A DNA stretch of 63,217 bases, filler included, from Trichodelitschia bisporula (lineage: Eukaryota), in the NCBI GenBank assembly GCA_010356995.1. It is 13 parts of 11 records of this genome, joined end to end, with 100 filler letters (N's around TTAATTAATTAA, not from the genome) between each part and the next. Parts side by side here need not be neighbours in the genome. Positions count along the whole stretch, not along the records: positions 32,030 to 47,621 come from ML996699.1; positions 47,722 to 48,860 come from ML996700.1; 11 more parts are not named here. One strand, 5' to 3'. Shown one piece after another: positions 35,140-48,204 of this stretch; position 1 is the first letter of the stretch; every line of letters starts with the position of its first letter. Both the position numbers and the translations under genes were made by a program. The notes under the pieces are model-generated. The model ran no database searches. It was not told the origin of the DNA and was given only the letters and a program-made list of their open reading frames with translations.

Positions 35140-36685
35140 GGTTTTGAATGTCTTCATATGACTTGATCCCCGCTCCAAAGGCATCATTCCTTGAATGCTA
35201 GAACCAGCATGAGTATGACCGGGTCGAAGAGCAACTCTTTTGTCTCTGAGAGGATAAAGGTGAGGCTTGTACCATCGTTAGCAAGAGGCCATGTATTCGA
35301 CGGGTTCGATGACTTACGGCTTAGGTCTGTTCCTGTACCCTTAACGTACACAAGTTTGACCTTAAGGACCAGTTTCGGCCTTGTCTGTGACGCATCTCGG
35401 ATCAAAGAGATTTTGACATGCTCGTAGCATATCACTGGAGGCTGTTTGCGATCCTCTTCCTCAGGTCCACATCATGGTTCGCTTTCAGAAAAAGCCGGTG
35501 CCACCAATGCTGCCGGTCTTGTCCCCGTACCCATCGTTACCAGCAGCACTAAGGCGAGCTGAACTCGTATTCTCTCGTTGGTGTACGGCAGCCTGTCGAT
35601 CTTCCAAAGATGGTGGATGAGGACCGCCATATCAGCAAAGTTCAGGACGGGCTTAGGCTCCTGCATCTTGGAGAGTGAACCCTGAGCCTTCAAGTTCACT
35701 TTTATGTACTATGACTTATTAGTTCTAATCTTCTAAGGTGGATTCCTTACTGATGTCACTTGCCGATGGTCGGCGGGCCCCCAGATATTGCGGTGTTCCA
35801 ATTGTCTCTGGGCGCTCTTCCACCATGCGAGGTAGCTCATGAGGGATCTAACTTTTTTGATCTTTGGATGCGTGTCTAGCATCCATTGAAAAAAAATTAT
35901 AACCATTTCAGGACCAGCCTTCGCCATAGCTTCAGTTGGATCACTCAAGTCGCCAACGTGCCAGTTTTGCGCGGTTGCACAGAACTTCTTCTAAATGCAC
36001 GAGATGCGAAAGAGGTTTTGCTGTACGGACCTTGCGAAATCCGTTGTTGTGCTGTGGCGCCCAGCTTTCAAGTCGGAGAGAAGCCGACTGTAGTCCGTTG
36101 CCGTCGTCTTTTCGATTGATGGGACAAAAAAGCTGGCTTCGATCTACCGAGCGGTCCCCAGAGAAGACACATGTGTGAGGAAAACTTAGACGATGGCACG
36201 GTTGGAGGCTAAGATGCGCAGATTTGCAAAAACTCGAAACTTGTAGTTGGGATTCATTGAGCGGTTAACATTGCGAAATGTATTGGAGGAGACTCCGTGG
36301 CCGGGGTTGTGTAGAAATGCGCTAATCCAAATACGGCCATTTCTCAACTCTTCTCAACACGGCCGTAGGTGAAAGTCGACAACCTGTGACCGTATGTACC
36401 TTACTATGGTCCTTCTAGACTTATATTGTTGGTCACTTTTGCGTCGATTGGGACAATTGTTTCCTTGAATGGGTTTCAGAAGGAGAAACGGCCATATCCA
36501 AAGCCTTTGACGAACCGGGTTGTGGCGCGCTTGCCCGACGTTGCAAAATGTTGGGCGGGAAAGGAGCGTTGGCGAGGCTGAGTGCGTTGGGCGGGGAAGG
36601 TGTATAAATCTATCTCATCACCACCTCACATCTGCAGCACCAAGGGCTATCCGTAGCCCATTACGAACGCATTACAATTATCACC

Positions 36686-37107
36686 ATGTTCCACAGCTGG
36701 TCCGTCCTCGCCCTGTGGGCACTCCAGCTCGCACCCACCACCGCGGTGCTCGCAACAGGCGACATCGCCAACCTGGACAACGGCATTGCCTCCACCCTCC
36801 CCTCCACCCCTCACCTCGAGCCCGGCATCCATTCCTTCGATCCCGTAAGCTGAGCACGGCTATTGTCTCAACTACTAACACTCGCCAGCCCATCCTCAGC
36901 CGCCCAACCTCCACCACCACCACCCCTCCCTCACGCGTCATGCCCCGCCCCAAGCAGTCCCTTCATCTACATCGGCGCAAAAAGTACATCTCCTCCGGCT
37001 TGACCCGAAACGTTCTCATCGTCCTCGGCGTACTCTTCCTACTAGCCGTGATCGCAAAACTCATCCGCGGACGAAACAAACTCCTCACAAACCCGTTCGG
37101 GGACTAG
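36686..37107 (+). CDS. Small signal-peptide plus C-terminal TM protein (~125 aa, 2 exons)
   Basis: TATAAA at 36603; MFHSWSVLALWALQLA; intron 36845-36888 keeps frame; TM VLIVLGVLFLLAVIA. Confidence 0.6.
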
Positions 37108-37189
37108 GACGGGGGCGGTGTGGTGCACGGGTAGCAAACCATGTACATATCATTCATTCCTAATGAATTCACGACCCTTATTCTCCATT

Positions 37190-37971
37190 TTACACCTTTG
37201 GCTTCGCAGCCAAAATCCTGCCCGCCGTCCCCAGCAACCCACTACTCGTAATCGCCTTGACGGGCCTCGTATACCCCTCAGGCAGTCTCTCCTCCCCCAC
37301 CCAAGCCCTAACATCCGCCGGCGCCGCCGCAACCACGCCACTCGCGCCTTCCTTCCCCATTGCGAGCAGCAATAGCGCCGCTTCGCCGTATGCCAGCGTA
37401 GTCGCTTGCACGCCCAGCGCCTTCTGCCCCGCAGCCTTGGACTCCGCTTCGCGGCGCGCGCGACTGCGGCCCAGGGATTCGATGGTGATGGACCCGTTGG
37501 CGGCGTCCGCGATGAGCGCGTCCACGAGCTTAGGCTGGACGTTATGATTATCGCCCTGTGCGAAGTCGAGACGCGTGAGGCTGGCGTCGTGCTCGATCTT
37601 GTCGTGCGTGTTCAGGTCGGCGAGGTCGATGGCGCTGGCGCCGGGGGGTGCGACTTGGGATACGCCTGCGGAGAGGGTGCTGGCTAGGGTGGGGTCAATG
37701 TTGTAGACGGATTGGATGGCGGTGCTGAAGGTGGCGGCGGTTATGTTTTTGCCATCATGGGGCCTGGGGGGTTAGGTGGGTTGTAGGGGGAGGGGGGGTT
37801 GACGTACAGGTAGCCGTGGTTGGCGAGGGCGTTGAGGGCGGGGCACGGGCTGCGGGAGTCGCTAGTGGGGTTGGCGCGGATGAAGGGGTGGTCTGCTGGA
37901 GGGACGACTGGCGAGGCGAGGGTGCTTGCCAGGAGGCTGGCGGCTAGGCTGAGGCGTGTGGAGATATGCAT
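37190..37971 (-). CDS. Short-type unspecific peroxygenase / chloroperoxidase-like heme-thiolate peroxidase
   Basis: Signal peptide; RSPCPALNALANHGYL|PHDG (intron 37807-37764); IEHDASLTR. Confidence 0.93.
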
Positions 37972-40900
37972 TGTTGGGGCTGGCGATCGTGGGCGTGATG
38001 CTCATTCTCGAAAGCCATTACTGCAGGATATATAGCCAGCGACGGTCTGGACCGCGACTTGCTGACCAAAACGTCATCGTCGCAATGTCCAAGCTTTCCG
38101 TAATGTGGTGCTATTGTAAACGCAGGCCAGATTGGGGGATCGGCGGAGATAGAGTGCTCGTCTCGGCCCGCCCAATGTCCAACCCCGGAGACGGGCCCGA
38201 AGGGGAAGTGAGCCGCTTTTGGAAATTTGAAAGTGATCTGAGCGATGAGACTGACGTCAATGACTTTTTGGAATTCAGATCAAGTGGTCCATTGTGAGTT
38301 GGAGGCCTGGGTGGTTATTCCGATTTTCTGGCTTCCACGGATATTGGATCCTGGTCGACCACGGTTGTGTTTCCCGCATTGTGGGAGTGTGGGGAAATGA
38401 GAGGATTAATAGAATAATGTACCTGACAAATGATTAGGACCAGAACCATTGTGCTTACTTACCCGCCGGACATGAGTCCCTCGTTAATCGGCCACCCGAC
38501 CAGCTCCGCGTCGGTCGGGTACAGTGGGGGCTAGATATGTGGCACCTACGCTCACGGCCACCGCAGTATTACCATTTTACTCACATCGTCGCTTGCCTCC
38601 AGCCTCATGTCTTCTTCAACCCATCATTACAGCTCCATCCGCACGTGCTACTGTGGGTTAGTGGCACAACATGCAGAAGAATTTTCCGATTGATTCGTGT
38701 AAGGAGAATGCGCAAGGCTGAAACTGCGAGAATCATGTGCTATATCTTCGCGAAGGAAGAATTATAATTCATATGGCGCAAAAGCAGGGGACCATAGTTC
38801 AACTGACTGCCTGATAGATGCGCGTTTCGATGCCAAAATGCCTTGTAGATAATCGAACTCAAAATGGCCAGGTGGGATGCCAGTCTAGAGACCACAATCT
38901 CTGTGGATTGAGTTTTCAGCCCCGGGGCGCTCCTTGACAGCAATTCAAATCCTAGGTCAGTGACGTCGAATGCAGGTTCGTCAAATTCCAGTCAAGGCTA
39001 AGGGCTTCCTGGAGTCGAGACTGGGCTCTGACATTGGGTAACTGATGCGATTGTCATGCTCCAAGCACCGTCTACCGGATGGGGAATCCTCACGGCATGC
39101 GGGTTGATTGATATCGGATGAGCCGATTTTCCACAGGGAACCATTTTAGCCACGGACGGTCCGTCAAGTCTTCGGAGGTGCAACCGTTTACAGTCGGTCC
39201 TCTGGTGGGAATCCGATGCTGCTATCGGAGGGCATTTTTGCATCCGGAGAGCCGACATGGTTCTCCCCCTGTGCAATGTGCGGTATCCGGATGTGTATGT
39301 TGCCGACATTTTCTCAGCCGCATCGGCAGGGTCGACATCCCGACAACGATCGGAGTCATCCTAGATCTGAACTAAATTATCAGCACAGAACCACAAACAG
39401 CAACCGCCCAGTTCAGCTTTCATCCCTCTCACCTCCAGAAACGCCAATTCCAGAACATCGCCATTACCGGCGATTCCGGATAACTAGCTTATTCTAGTCC
39501 GAAGACTCAGCGCCAGAAGAACATAACGCTCAGTGTCTATCGCCAAATCCCGTCGTCAAACTGTCTTCAGCACTCGCCCCGTAGGAGGTTCAGCACATAT
39601 CGTGACCTTAGTGGCGCATCCAGACCATTTTCGACGTCGCTGGACGTTGTCGGGGCCTAACCCACCCCAGCCTCATGCCCCGCCCTGCGGCAGTGCAAGC
39701 GCCACAACCACACGCGCCACATCTTCGTCCCATCAGCTGCCCCTCACCACCGCTAACTGGACCTCCTGTATCCGGCCCTTCAGCCCCACTTGCTCGAACC
39801 CCCAATCCCACGTCCGGCGTCCCTCGCATTCTCTCATGGCATTCCATTAGCGTGTCACTGAGATGCCCTGCCCCGCATCGCGCCTCCGGAGCGTGGTACG
39901 TCATTGGCCGGCGCGAAATCACGAACTGTGTCTGAGAGGGTCTGGTTGGGGGATATTTTGGGCGTGCACGTTGGCGCAGGGACAGAGACATGCGTGGGCT
40001 TTACGGTAGAGGGGGTGAGGAGAAGTGGTGCCATGACGTCGGTTGCTTGGGCCGGTGCTGGGACGGAGGATTGGATCGCGTTGAATCTTGGACGGGTACG
40101 GCTGAGGATCGGAATGGGCTTGGGAGCTGATGGGTCAAGGGGTTGGAGGCCTGTTGCAGCTGGGCGGAGGATTTGTGCGGGGGACTAGGCTGATGATCTG
40201 GTGCACTGCCGCGTTTAGGAAAGCGGGTAGGGCAGTTGTACCTCGGATGACATACGCTACTTATGGTGATCACGTAGGGTAGACGAGAGATAAGTTTTCG
40301 CATCTCCAATTTTAGACGCTCAATTGACCAATACTAGTATACAAAATACCAGAAACTTTGCAGCGTACGAAAGCAGTGAAACCACATCCCTGGCAGTAGA
40401 GCATCAGGGGTATCCCGAGAACCGACTGCATCTCTCTAGAACGAAAGAACAATCCCAACGCCATCGCTATGCATGGAAGCATAATAAACCAGGAACGAGA
40501 AAGCAGAAGTGACAAGGACCGCGGCAGCATAGTGATACAGAGAAACGGAATGACAGAAACAGAAAACAGAAAACAGAAAACAACCCCCAAAGCCTGCAGT
40601 GAAGCAACGCCATGCCAAAGCTCAATGATTGAAACCACGAGGGAAAGGACAGTGCGGAGGAGGAACCGAAGCGTCGCGAGGTTTGTCGGCTCATGCTGAA
40701 TGTTGGCGCGGCTCCGATTGCCGAAGGAGTAGGATGCCGGTGTCGATCTCGAAAGTGTGGCGCAAGAGCCAAGTTGGTAGAAGAACTGATGATCGATGAT
40801 CGACAACAGGTTCGCGGCTTAATTGTATCCACCACGGCCAGCATCGTCCTCCTCCTCTTCGTCTTGGAATAGTCGGAAGGACATGATGATCTTGGAGGTG

Positions 40901-43042
40901 AAGGACATGAACGAGAACATTTTGAAGGGCTGAATTTGTGTTGATAGGGAGTGATCGGTAATAGTTATGGGGAGATTGTGATCGATGGTGATTGAGAGAT
41001 GGAATTGCTTTCTCGAAGGGACTGGAGAACTGATGCTTCTTGCAAGAGGAGTCGAAGAAGAATTGAGATTTTATATAGAAGAAGAGACTGAAGGAAAGGT
41101 TGGAATGGGGAACTAGGCTGAAGTGATGATCTGGGTATTGAGGGACAGCCAGTAGAACTGCGGCCTCCTTATATGCCGACTTGCCAAAACTGGAGATGCA
41201 TACAGACTACTCTTCTACCGTTAACCCAAGAGCGTGAGTTCGGTGAGCATCGACAACGCAAATACTGCGCCACGCCTGGCAGGGCAGCTCCTCTGGCATA
41301 CCATAAGTTGAGGCTGGCCGACGATGAGGACGATGAGTGGCAGGCACGCAGGCAACAGGCGGCCGCAGGGGTGGGTCGTTGCGGCTCCAAACATCGCGAC
41401 AAGCACGACCAGGCCGGCGGTGCAGCATATGACGAAAAGGGTGTAAGCCAGTGAACGGGGTTGCCGAAGAGATCGGTATTTTAGCATGGGCTAAGGGTTA
41501 CGACGGTTGAAGGCCGGGGATCTGGTTGCGGGAGCGGTGGCTGTAGCCGTATGCGCCCCACCCGCCCCACGCGCGAGGATCTCCCACGCTTGCATACGAC
41601 CAGCGATAGGGACGCTATGAACCTACGCAGGCTGACGCCTCGTAAGGCTGCTGCTGCGCGGGGGCATGAGGCAGTAAACCGGATCCGCGAAAAGTTCGCT
41701 CGGGGGTCGTGACGAGTGAGCATGGCGGGAGTACTAGGTCAGATTGCCGACCGCTGCTCACAAACCCTTTCCGAGATGCGGCTGTACGGTAGCAACCATA
41801 TTTCTGGAACGTCTCACGAACACTGTATTGCAAGGAGCCAGAGCAAGGACAGAATGAGGTGAGAGGCCAAGCTCCGTAAGGGGAATGACCTGTGGCTTGC
41901 TGGTTGCTATTCTTAGGGAGGGGTTGAAGAGATACCGTAGAGCGCAAGCAAATGGCATTTGCGAGTAGCGCGCTTTGCGGTATTCTCCGAGCTTCCAGTA
42001 GCAAGTGAAGGACAGGCAAAGCCAATGAGGGGTTACCATATGCGGACATCCCTAGTGGTTAATGGGTTTGGAGTCAATGCCAAACAAGTGTTCGAAGTAG
42101 ATGGGGCGAAAAGTCGCGATGCACCGTCAACCGTCATGAGCCCACTCCGACGGCCTCATGAGTCAATGGCAAGGCAGTTCTGACAGGGAGCCAATTGAAG
42201 CCTTGATTATGTACGTCAAAAACTTAGCAGGACAATTAGCGACGCGTTATAAACGATGAGTGGGGGTTCGCGATGCGATGGTATCATGGAGATGTTGGAC
42301 GTTGTCGAGTGAGGTTTCTCACCATCTGGCGGTCACAAAAGCCACCCGTAAGCCACATGTGGCTGATCACGTTGTGGCTGTTTTTACAAAGCCATCTCAA
42401 AGAGGATAAATTGATGAGAATAGATGTGCCCCACTTTCCCAGAAGAGGTGGAATATTGATTCATTTTCCGCTTGAACCTCGTGAAACGCACCAAAATTGC
42501 CTTGATATGTCCAAGGGTTCACGACCAAGTGCCACCTAGTGCCCCAGCTTGCAGACGCCAGACGCGACCCCAGTCGTGCCCAGTCTCCTTCTCACCGCAA
42601 AATCAACCCCGCCCGCGAATCACTTCTCACAATTCATCCCTGGCATGCGGAAAGCAGTCGCTCCATGCACCTCTCCCCCCCCCCCTCCCCCCTTCCCCCG
42701 CCGGACCGTTCGCTTCATCGCTTGTGCCAGCCCGCACATGCCCTCTCCCGTTTCTTCTCATCCCGCTACTCTCTTCCTTTCTCACCCGATTCTCAGACCG
42801 AGGGGGCAGTGCTTCCCGCTGTTTCCTCATTCTTCCAACACTCCGACAAGTTGTCATTCGACAAACTCACATCACCACCAACCCCGCCTACTCCGATCCA
42901 CCGTCTCCCCTTCGAGTCAATGCAGATGTTCGAACCTGCATCTCAATGTCACTTTCGCCGTCAGCGCGTCTGAAGACAGGCTCGCTGAGACGAATCCCCA
43001 GAGTCAAGCGTGTGCCAGCTGCGGCCAGCGGCGGTCGGCAAC

Positions 43043-43707
43043 ATGGATAGCATTCAGACCTGGCTTAGCCTCCGCCAGTGCAAATTCTGCGAAGCCATTG
43101 ACTTCAACGCGCTGAACGTCTCTTCCAACTGTACGTGTGCCACTATCTTTTTACTTTCCCCATTCTTTCCCCTTACCCACCTCCATCTCACCTCCCCCCA
43201 AAACGGGTCACCGTTTTCTTGGCCCTTTTTGCTCAACATATTCCACCTTTAGACGAGAAGCAAGCCACCGTCGGGAGCCTCAGCGAAATACGACGCCTTT
43301 CTCCGTATTGTTCCTTCTGCTGCCTCATCGCAAGCCTTACCGGCGCCGCCTTCGTCCATTCACGGACATGGCAATTCGCCTCGCCGGACGACCCAGACGA
43401 GCTTTACGACTGCGCTGTCTTTGGCCTCTTTGAAGATGCCGAGCTTCCTTTGCGCCATGAGAAGCGTGTCGACCTCCATCCGCTGACCCTTGGCCTCCGT
43501 ACCGGCAAAGTGTTATGGCTGCATACCTTCAGCCCGTCCGCCTTCACCCTCTTCATGGTCGGCAAGGGCTTCTGGGTGAAGGCTAGTGCCGATGGCTCCG
43601 AATTCCAAACCGGCCGCATCGATCCCGAGTTCCTGCGCCAGTTCTCTTACGACAGCTCCGATGACGAGGACGTAGCGTTCCTTGAGCAGAAATGGCACCG
43701 ACCTTGA
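43043..43707 (+). pseudogene. Possible truncated N-terminal (pre-HET, Cys-motif) region of a HET-type protein
   Basis: CKFCEAIDFNAL; putative intron 43131-43252; GSLSEIRRLSPYCSFCCLI; GRIDPEFLRQ; no recognisable HET core follows. Confidence 0.35.
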
Positions 43708-45300
43708 CCGCTTGACAGTGATACGACGCCGCCATCACGAGCCGACGATTTACTGCAAATAGTATGTCCTCAGAAACCATCTCCGCTCTGGACAGTCACG
43801 CCATGCGCCAGGAGCTGCGTCTGTCACCACACTGCTCTGGCTAACGAAGTTTCGACAGTCAATTTATTTAGACCTTTCAACGGGACAGCGTCCCATTCTA
43901 TCGGCTGAGCCGAGGAAACAGGTGTTTCCCGAGACCCCGCCACAACTCCTCTTAATCGATCTTGTTTCGATCTGCACCTCAGGTTCGATGGATCTGCGAT
44001 TGCGCCAGGCCGACCATCAACGGCGACTATGGCCCTCACGAAATTCATGACACATGCGACACGATGACGACAATTATGCGCTATGCTCCGATGAATCTCC
44101 CCTCACCAATATCGCGCAATCTGATATGCGAAATGTCGCTCTCGTCTCATTGGAATTGATAGACCGATAGCCGTCTCATGGACGAAAATCGCACCTCAAC
44201 ATCACTTCGCGAAGCATGCCCAAGCTCTATACATCGACATGGATGGTTATCTGCTGCAGCCACATCGGTTTCTTGTCGGCTGGCACGCTACTATGAGCAT
44301 GATGTTACGATGGCGCATTGCTCTTCTTTTGTACTTGCCGCCTTGGAGAGTGGCTCCCGACTTAGCAGAGGAGGAGCATGTTGGAGGTTCGAGAAGAAAA
44401 AAATGGTCTTGGGTCTCGTTATTCTTATAGCTTTAATGCATATCTGTTCTGAATGACCCCCAAGGCTTTCGGCATGACCAGGAACTCTGTGAAAATTTGC
44501 TGCGCCCAACAGAGAGTCGAGACTGGAGAGGCGAGACGTCCTCGCTTACCTACGCCTTAGACCAATCACGTAGCTGGAAAGAGTTCAGCCTGGATGACGC
44601 AAGCCCAGAGGGCAAATGAAGAGGCGGGGAGGCGGGGAGGTGTACCAACGTAGAGGTCAGCGTTGCTTTGCTTCTACAACGTACGTTCACCATTTGGTGC
44701 TCTTTGTCCGTAAAGCTTCCTCCAATGCAGTAAATCCTCGAAGAAGTTCAGGATGTGTGCAGCTTTCCTGTGTTCACCGCAACCCTATTCCATCTTGATT
44801 GCGCTCAGATGGTTAAGCGTTTCCATGCCTGGCCGTCGGGGCATTCGAGTTCAATGCTCCAACGATGGTAATTTCGCTGCCTGTTAGGCGACGATAAAAT
44901 AGGCGCTTCCAAGGCCAGTATCCTGCAGAGAGGCTAGATCTAGATCCGCCGGCCGCCAATCATTACTGCGACAAAGGTTGAGATGACGACGCAGCGCGTT
45001 TTGAACACGCACGCTGTACTCTTGTGGCCTTCTGGACCTTCTTCACACGGCTTTGTGATACGCAAGCCATGATATTTGCTATGATCAGGGGAAGGAAACC
45101 TTCACATGCAATTATTTGAGCTCTCTCACTGGTCCGGTGCTTTGCGGAAGTGGCTGTGCACATCAAAGTGGCGAGAGTGGCTGAGTCTTGAGCCGACCCA
45201 GTCCCAGCCTTAAGTCGACGTCAATCGCCGCGGCTTCGTCTCAGCTGAACTTTCACCAGCTGCCCCCATTCTTCCACCGCCAACAAAGCCTTCTCCGTGA

Positions 45301-47621
45301 ATGGAGACCCAACAGTACGTTCCGGATCGCAAACCTGTGGGACGCAACGCAAGTCAAGATCCGCGCACCGCTTCGTCCGCCCGCAACACCCTAGACTCGC
45401 AGACAGCTTCCTCAGCTAGCAGCTTCGCCTACATGCCTACTCCGGACGCGTCGCCGAAGGCGGCGCTCACCAACATCGTTGACAATATCGACTTCGGAGA
45501 TGAGCAGAAGACGCTGTTGGATGAGTTGGACAAATTGCGCGAGTTTGGCGTCGATCGGTACATTCAGCTGCCGCAGCTATGCGTCGTGGGCGATCAGAGC
45601 TCCGGGAAGAGCAGCGTGCTCGAAGCTCTGAGCGAGCTGCCTTTCCCTAGGAGCTCCATCAGATGCACGCGCTTCGCGACTCAGATCAAGCTCCGGCACT
45701 CGCCCGAGACGAGCATGTCGGTCAAGATCATCCCGGGACCGGACAGAGACTCTCGCGAGCGTGCGAGACTGGCAGCCTTCCCCTCGAAGTTCGCGGATTC
45801 GGTCTCTTTCCAGGAAATCATGAACATGGCGACACAGGCTATCTGCGGCGACAACCCGCGTTTCTGCTATCGCGACATTTTCAGCATCGAAATGAGTGGC
45901 CCGTCGAAGCCGCATCTGACCATCGTCGATCTCCCCGGCCTCATCCAAGCTGCCAATATCCACCAGTCCCAGGCGGATGTGGACGCTATTCAGGAGCTGG
46001 CTTACGATTACATGCGCAACGAGCGCACTATTGTTCTTGCAATCGTTTCCGCCGCCACCGATCTGGAGCTCCAACCCGTGCTCTCACAACGCGCCCGCCA
46101 GTTCGACCCGACAGGTGCGCGCACGCTGGGTATCATTACCAAGCCCGACAAGACCGAGACACCGGAGCGCGAGGCTCTGTTTCTGGAGCTGGCGCGCAAC
46201 CACAATGTCCGCTTCAAGCTGGGGTGGCATGTGCTGCGTAATCGCGCGCCGGACGAAATGCACTTCACCGCCGAGGAGCGCAAGCGACAAGAGATGCAGT
46301 TCTTCTCGCCACCGTCGAACTGGGCCTCTGTGGGAGCTGAGAACCTTGGTGTAGAGACGCTGAGACAGAAACTCAGCCGTGAGCTCATCAAGCACGTTCT
46401 CCATGAAATGCCGGCGGTACAGCGCGAGATCCGTGAGCAGCTGGATGAGACGAGGCGCCAGTTGGAACGCCTTGGTGACCGCAAGGATACTCCGGAAGAG
46501 ATGCGGGACCAACTGCGCGAGCTGTGCGAGAAGTCTCAGGCGCTTACCCGGACTGCTATGGAGGGACAGTATGTCGATTTATACGGGCCCACATTCTTCA
46601 ACCCTCCGTCAGAGAGCTTTGCTGAGCCGATGCGCAAGCTACGCGCGCGGATCGTGACCCAGAACGAGAAGTTTGCGGAGGAGATGGCTGTTTTTGGACA
46701 CTTGGTGGAGATCATCGAGGAGGCTCCCATGCCGACTACTCCCGGAGCGAACGGGCAGCAGCACTTGCCGCCGCCGACACCTGTGGTTAACTCCCGGCAC
46801 CCAATGAAGCTGTCGCGCGCTGACTTCATCCGCCACCACGTAGAGCCGCTGCTGAACGCCAGCCCCGGTCTCGAACTGATGATGGATCGCAACCCTCTGC
46901 TCGTCTACACTCTCTTCCGCAACTACTCCGAGAATTGGCCCACTATTGCGAAGCGGCATCTTGAGGAAGTGCAAGCAATTTGCTCCGACTTCTTGCAGGA
47001 AGTCATCGACTTCATCTGGCCCGAGGACATGCGCGCCCGCGCCTGGATGGCCTTCGTCGAAGAGAAAATGGAAGAACGCCTCAAAGAAGCTACCAAAGAA
47101 GCCGACAAGCTCTTCAAAGACCGAACCCGCGCCTCCAAGCCCTACGACCCAGAACACACCAAGCGCGTCGCCGAATGGATCGCAGCACGCAACAAATCCA
47201 AGCCCAACGGCGCAGCCTGGCTCTCCGAATTCGCACCCGACGTCTTCCTTCAGAAAATGCTGGTCTACTACGATCTCACCCAGCGCACGTTCGTCAGTAA
47301 CATCATCGTCCAGGTCGTCGAGCGCCACCTCGTCGACGACCTAGACCGCATCTTCAACATCACGCGCGTCGTCGAGCTGGACGACGAGACCGTCATCGAA
47401 ATCGCGGCTGAGGACGACGCCCTCCGCCACCACCGCCTGGAGCTGCGCAACACGCGCCGCGTCCTTGAGGCCGGTGAGCGTATTTGTCGCCGTTACATGT
47501 CGAAGCGGGACATGTCCCTCGTAAGCGCCTTTCCCCCTTTCATCCCTCCCCATTAAACCCACCCACTAACCCCCCTAGGACGAGATCTCCAAACCCGTCC
47601 GCAAGCCCCTCACCTCCGCCG
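45301..47621 (+). CDS. Mx/dynamin-family GTPase with GED region; 3' end in spacer
   Basis: LPQLCVVGDQSSGKSSVLE, CTRFATQI, LTIVDLPGLI, GIITKPD, GWHVLRNR, NIIVQVVERHL; intron 47521-47578. Confidence 0.92.
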
Positions 47622-47817
47622 NNNNNNNNNNNNNNNNNNNNNNNNNNNNNNNNNNNNNNNNNNNNTTAATTAATTAANNNNNNNNNNNNNNNNNNNNNNN
47701 NNNNNNNNNNNNNNNNNNNNNGAGGTTAAGGCCCGGCATTGGTCTCCCACGACAGCTTTCAATGAATATTATTCCACAACCAATGCTGTGCAACCAGTAA
47801 TTTGTGCGCCCCTGACA

Positions 47818-48204
47818 GCCATGCACGTTGGAGGGTTCGCTCACAACAACATCTCCGAGCCGAATATCGACTTTTCTGCTCGGCACACCGCCTCCGATGC
47901 CCACCATCAGGCCAAACCGAATTGAACTGAAGGTTGATTGCATTCGGGCAACAACTGAGGCTGCTGGAGTCGTTCCCATTTGGCCAGCCGGGAGAGACAC
48001 CAAAACGATATTGTGTTCACCGATATTGCCAAGCACATAGATGTTGGAATCAGGCACATGCCGGGGGAGACTCTGATGCTCCTCGTCTAGCATCTCTCGA
48101 GCAGCGGCGAGTTCGATGGGGAGTGCGCATACCCATCCTATTGTGTATTCCTGGGCCTGCAGTTGGCGTTTCCTCCGAGCCGAAGTCGTGTGCGTATGAG
48201 ACAG
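47818..48204 (-). pseudogene. PNP_UDP_1 NLR effector domain exon, truncated by a repeat end at 47817; upstream exon(s) to ~48750 likely
   Basis: EYTIGWVCALPIELAAAREMLDEEH...YVLGNIGEHNIVLVSLPAGQMG...GLMVGIGGGVPS..DIRLGDVVVS; homology stops at TGTCAGGGGCG, which also begins at 48820 on + strand. Confidence 0.85.

Larger units (their letters stand above)
33462..36145 (-). pseudogene. DUF3435 tyrosine recombinase (Starship 'Captain'), derelict
   Basis: After removing introns (35750-35709, 34698-34652) and three solo LTRs: I*KKFC...FFQWM...ERIRVQLALVLLVTMGTGTRPAALV...ICYEHVKISL...LFDPVILMLVLAF..DAF...LDLPWRQEMNGIPIFR...MQRLGAEAGFGVTPTPYMIRRGVGE...QLMGHRQTHAFQAYI...DIQACFAGDEPQ...SRNPRA...EEIRRQIAG; exact start/end uncertain. 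Confidence 0.85.

Noticed and set aside
38300..40300. Short ORFs in the gene-poor stretch after the UPO gene
   Set aside because: No coherent exon structure or motifs; no tRNA, rRNA or 5S sequence recognised here or elsewhere in the window
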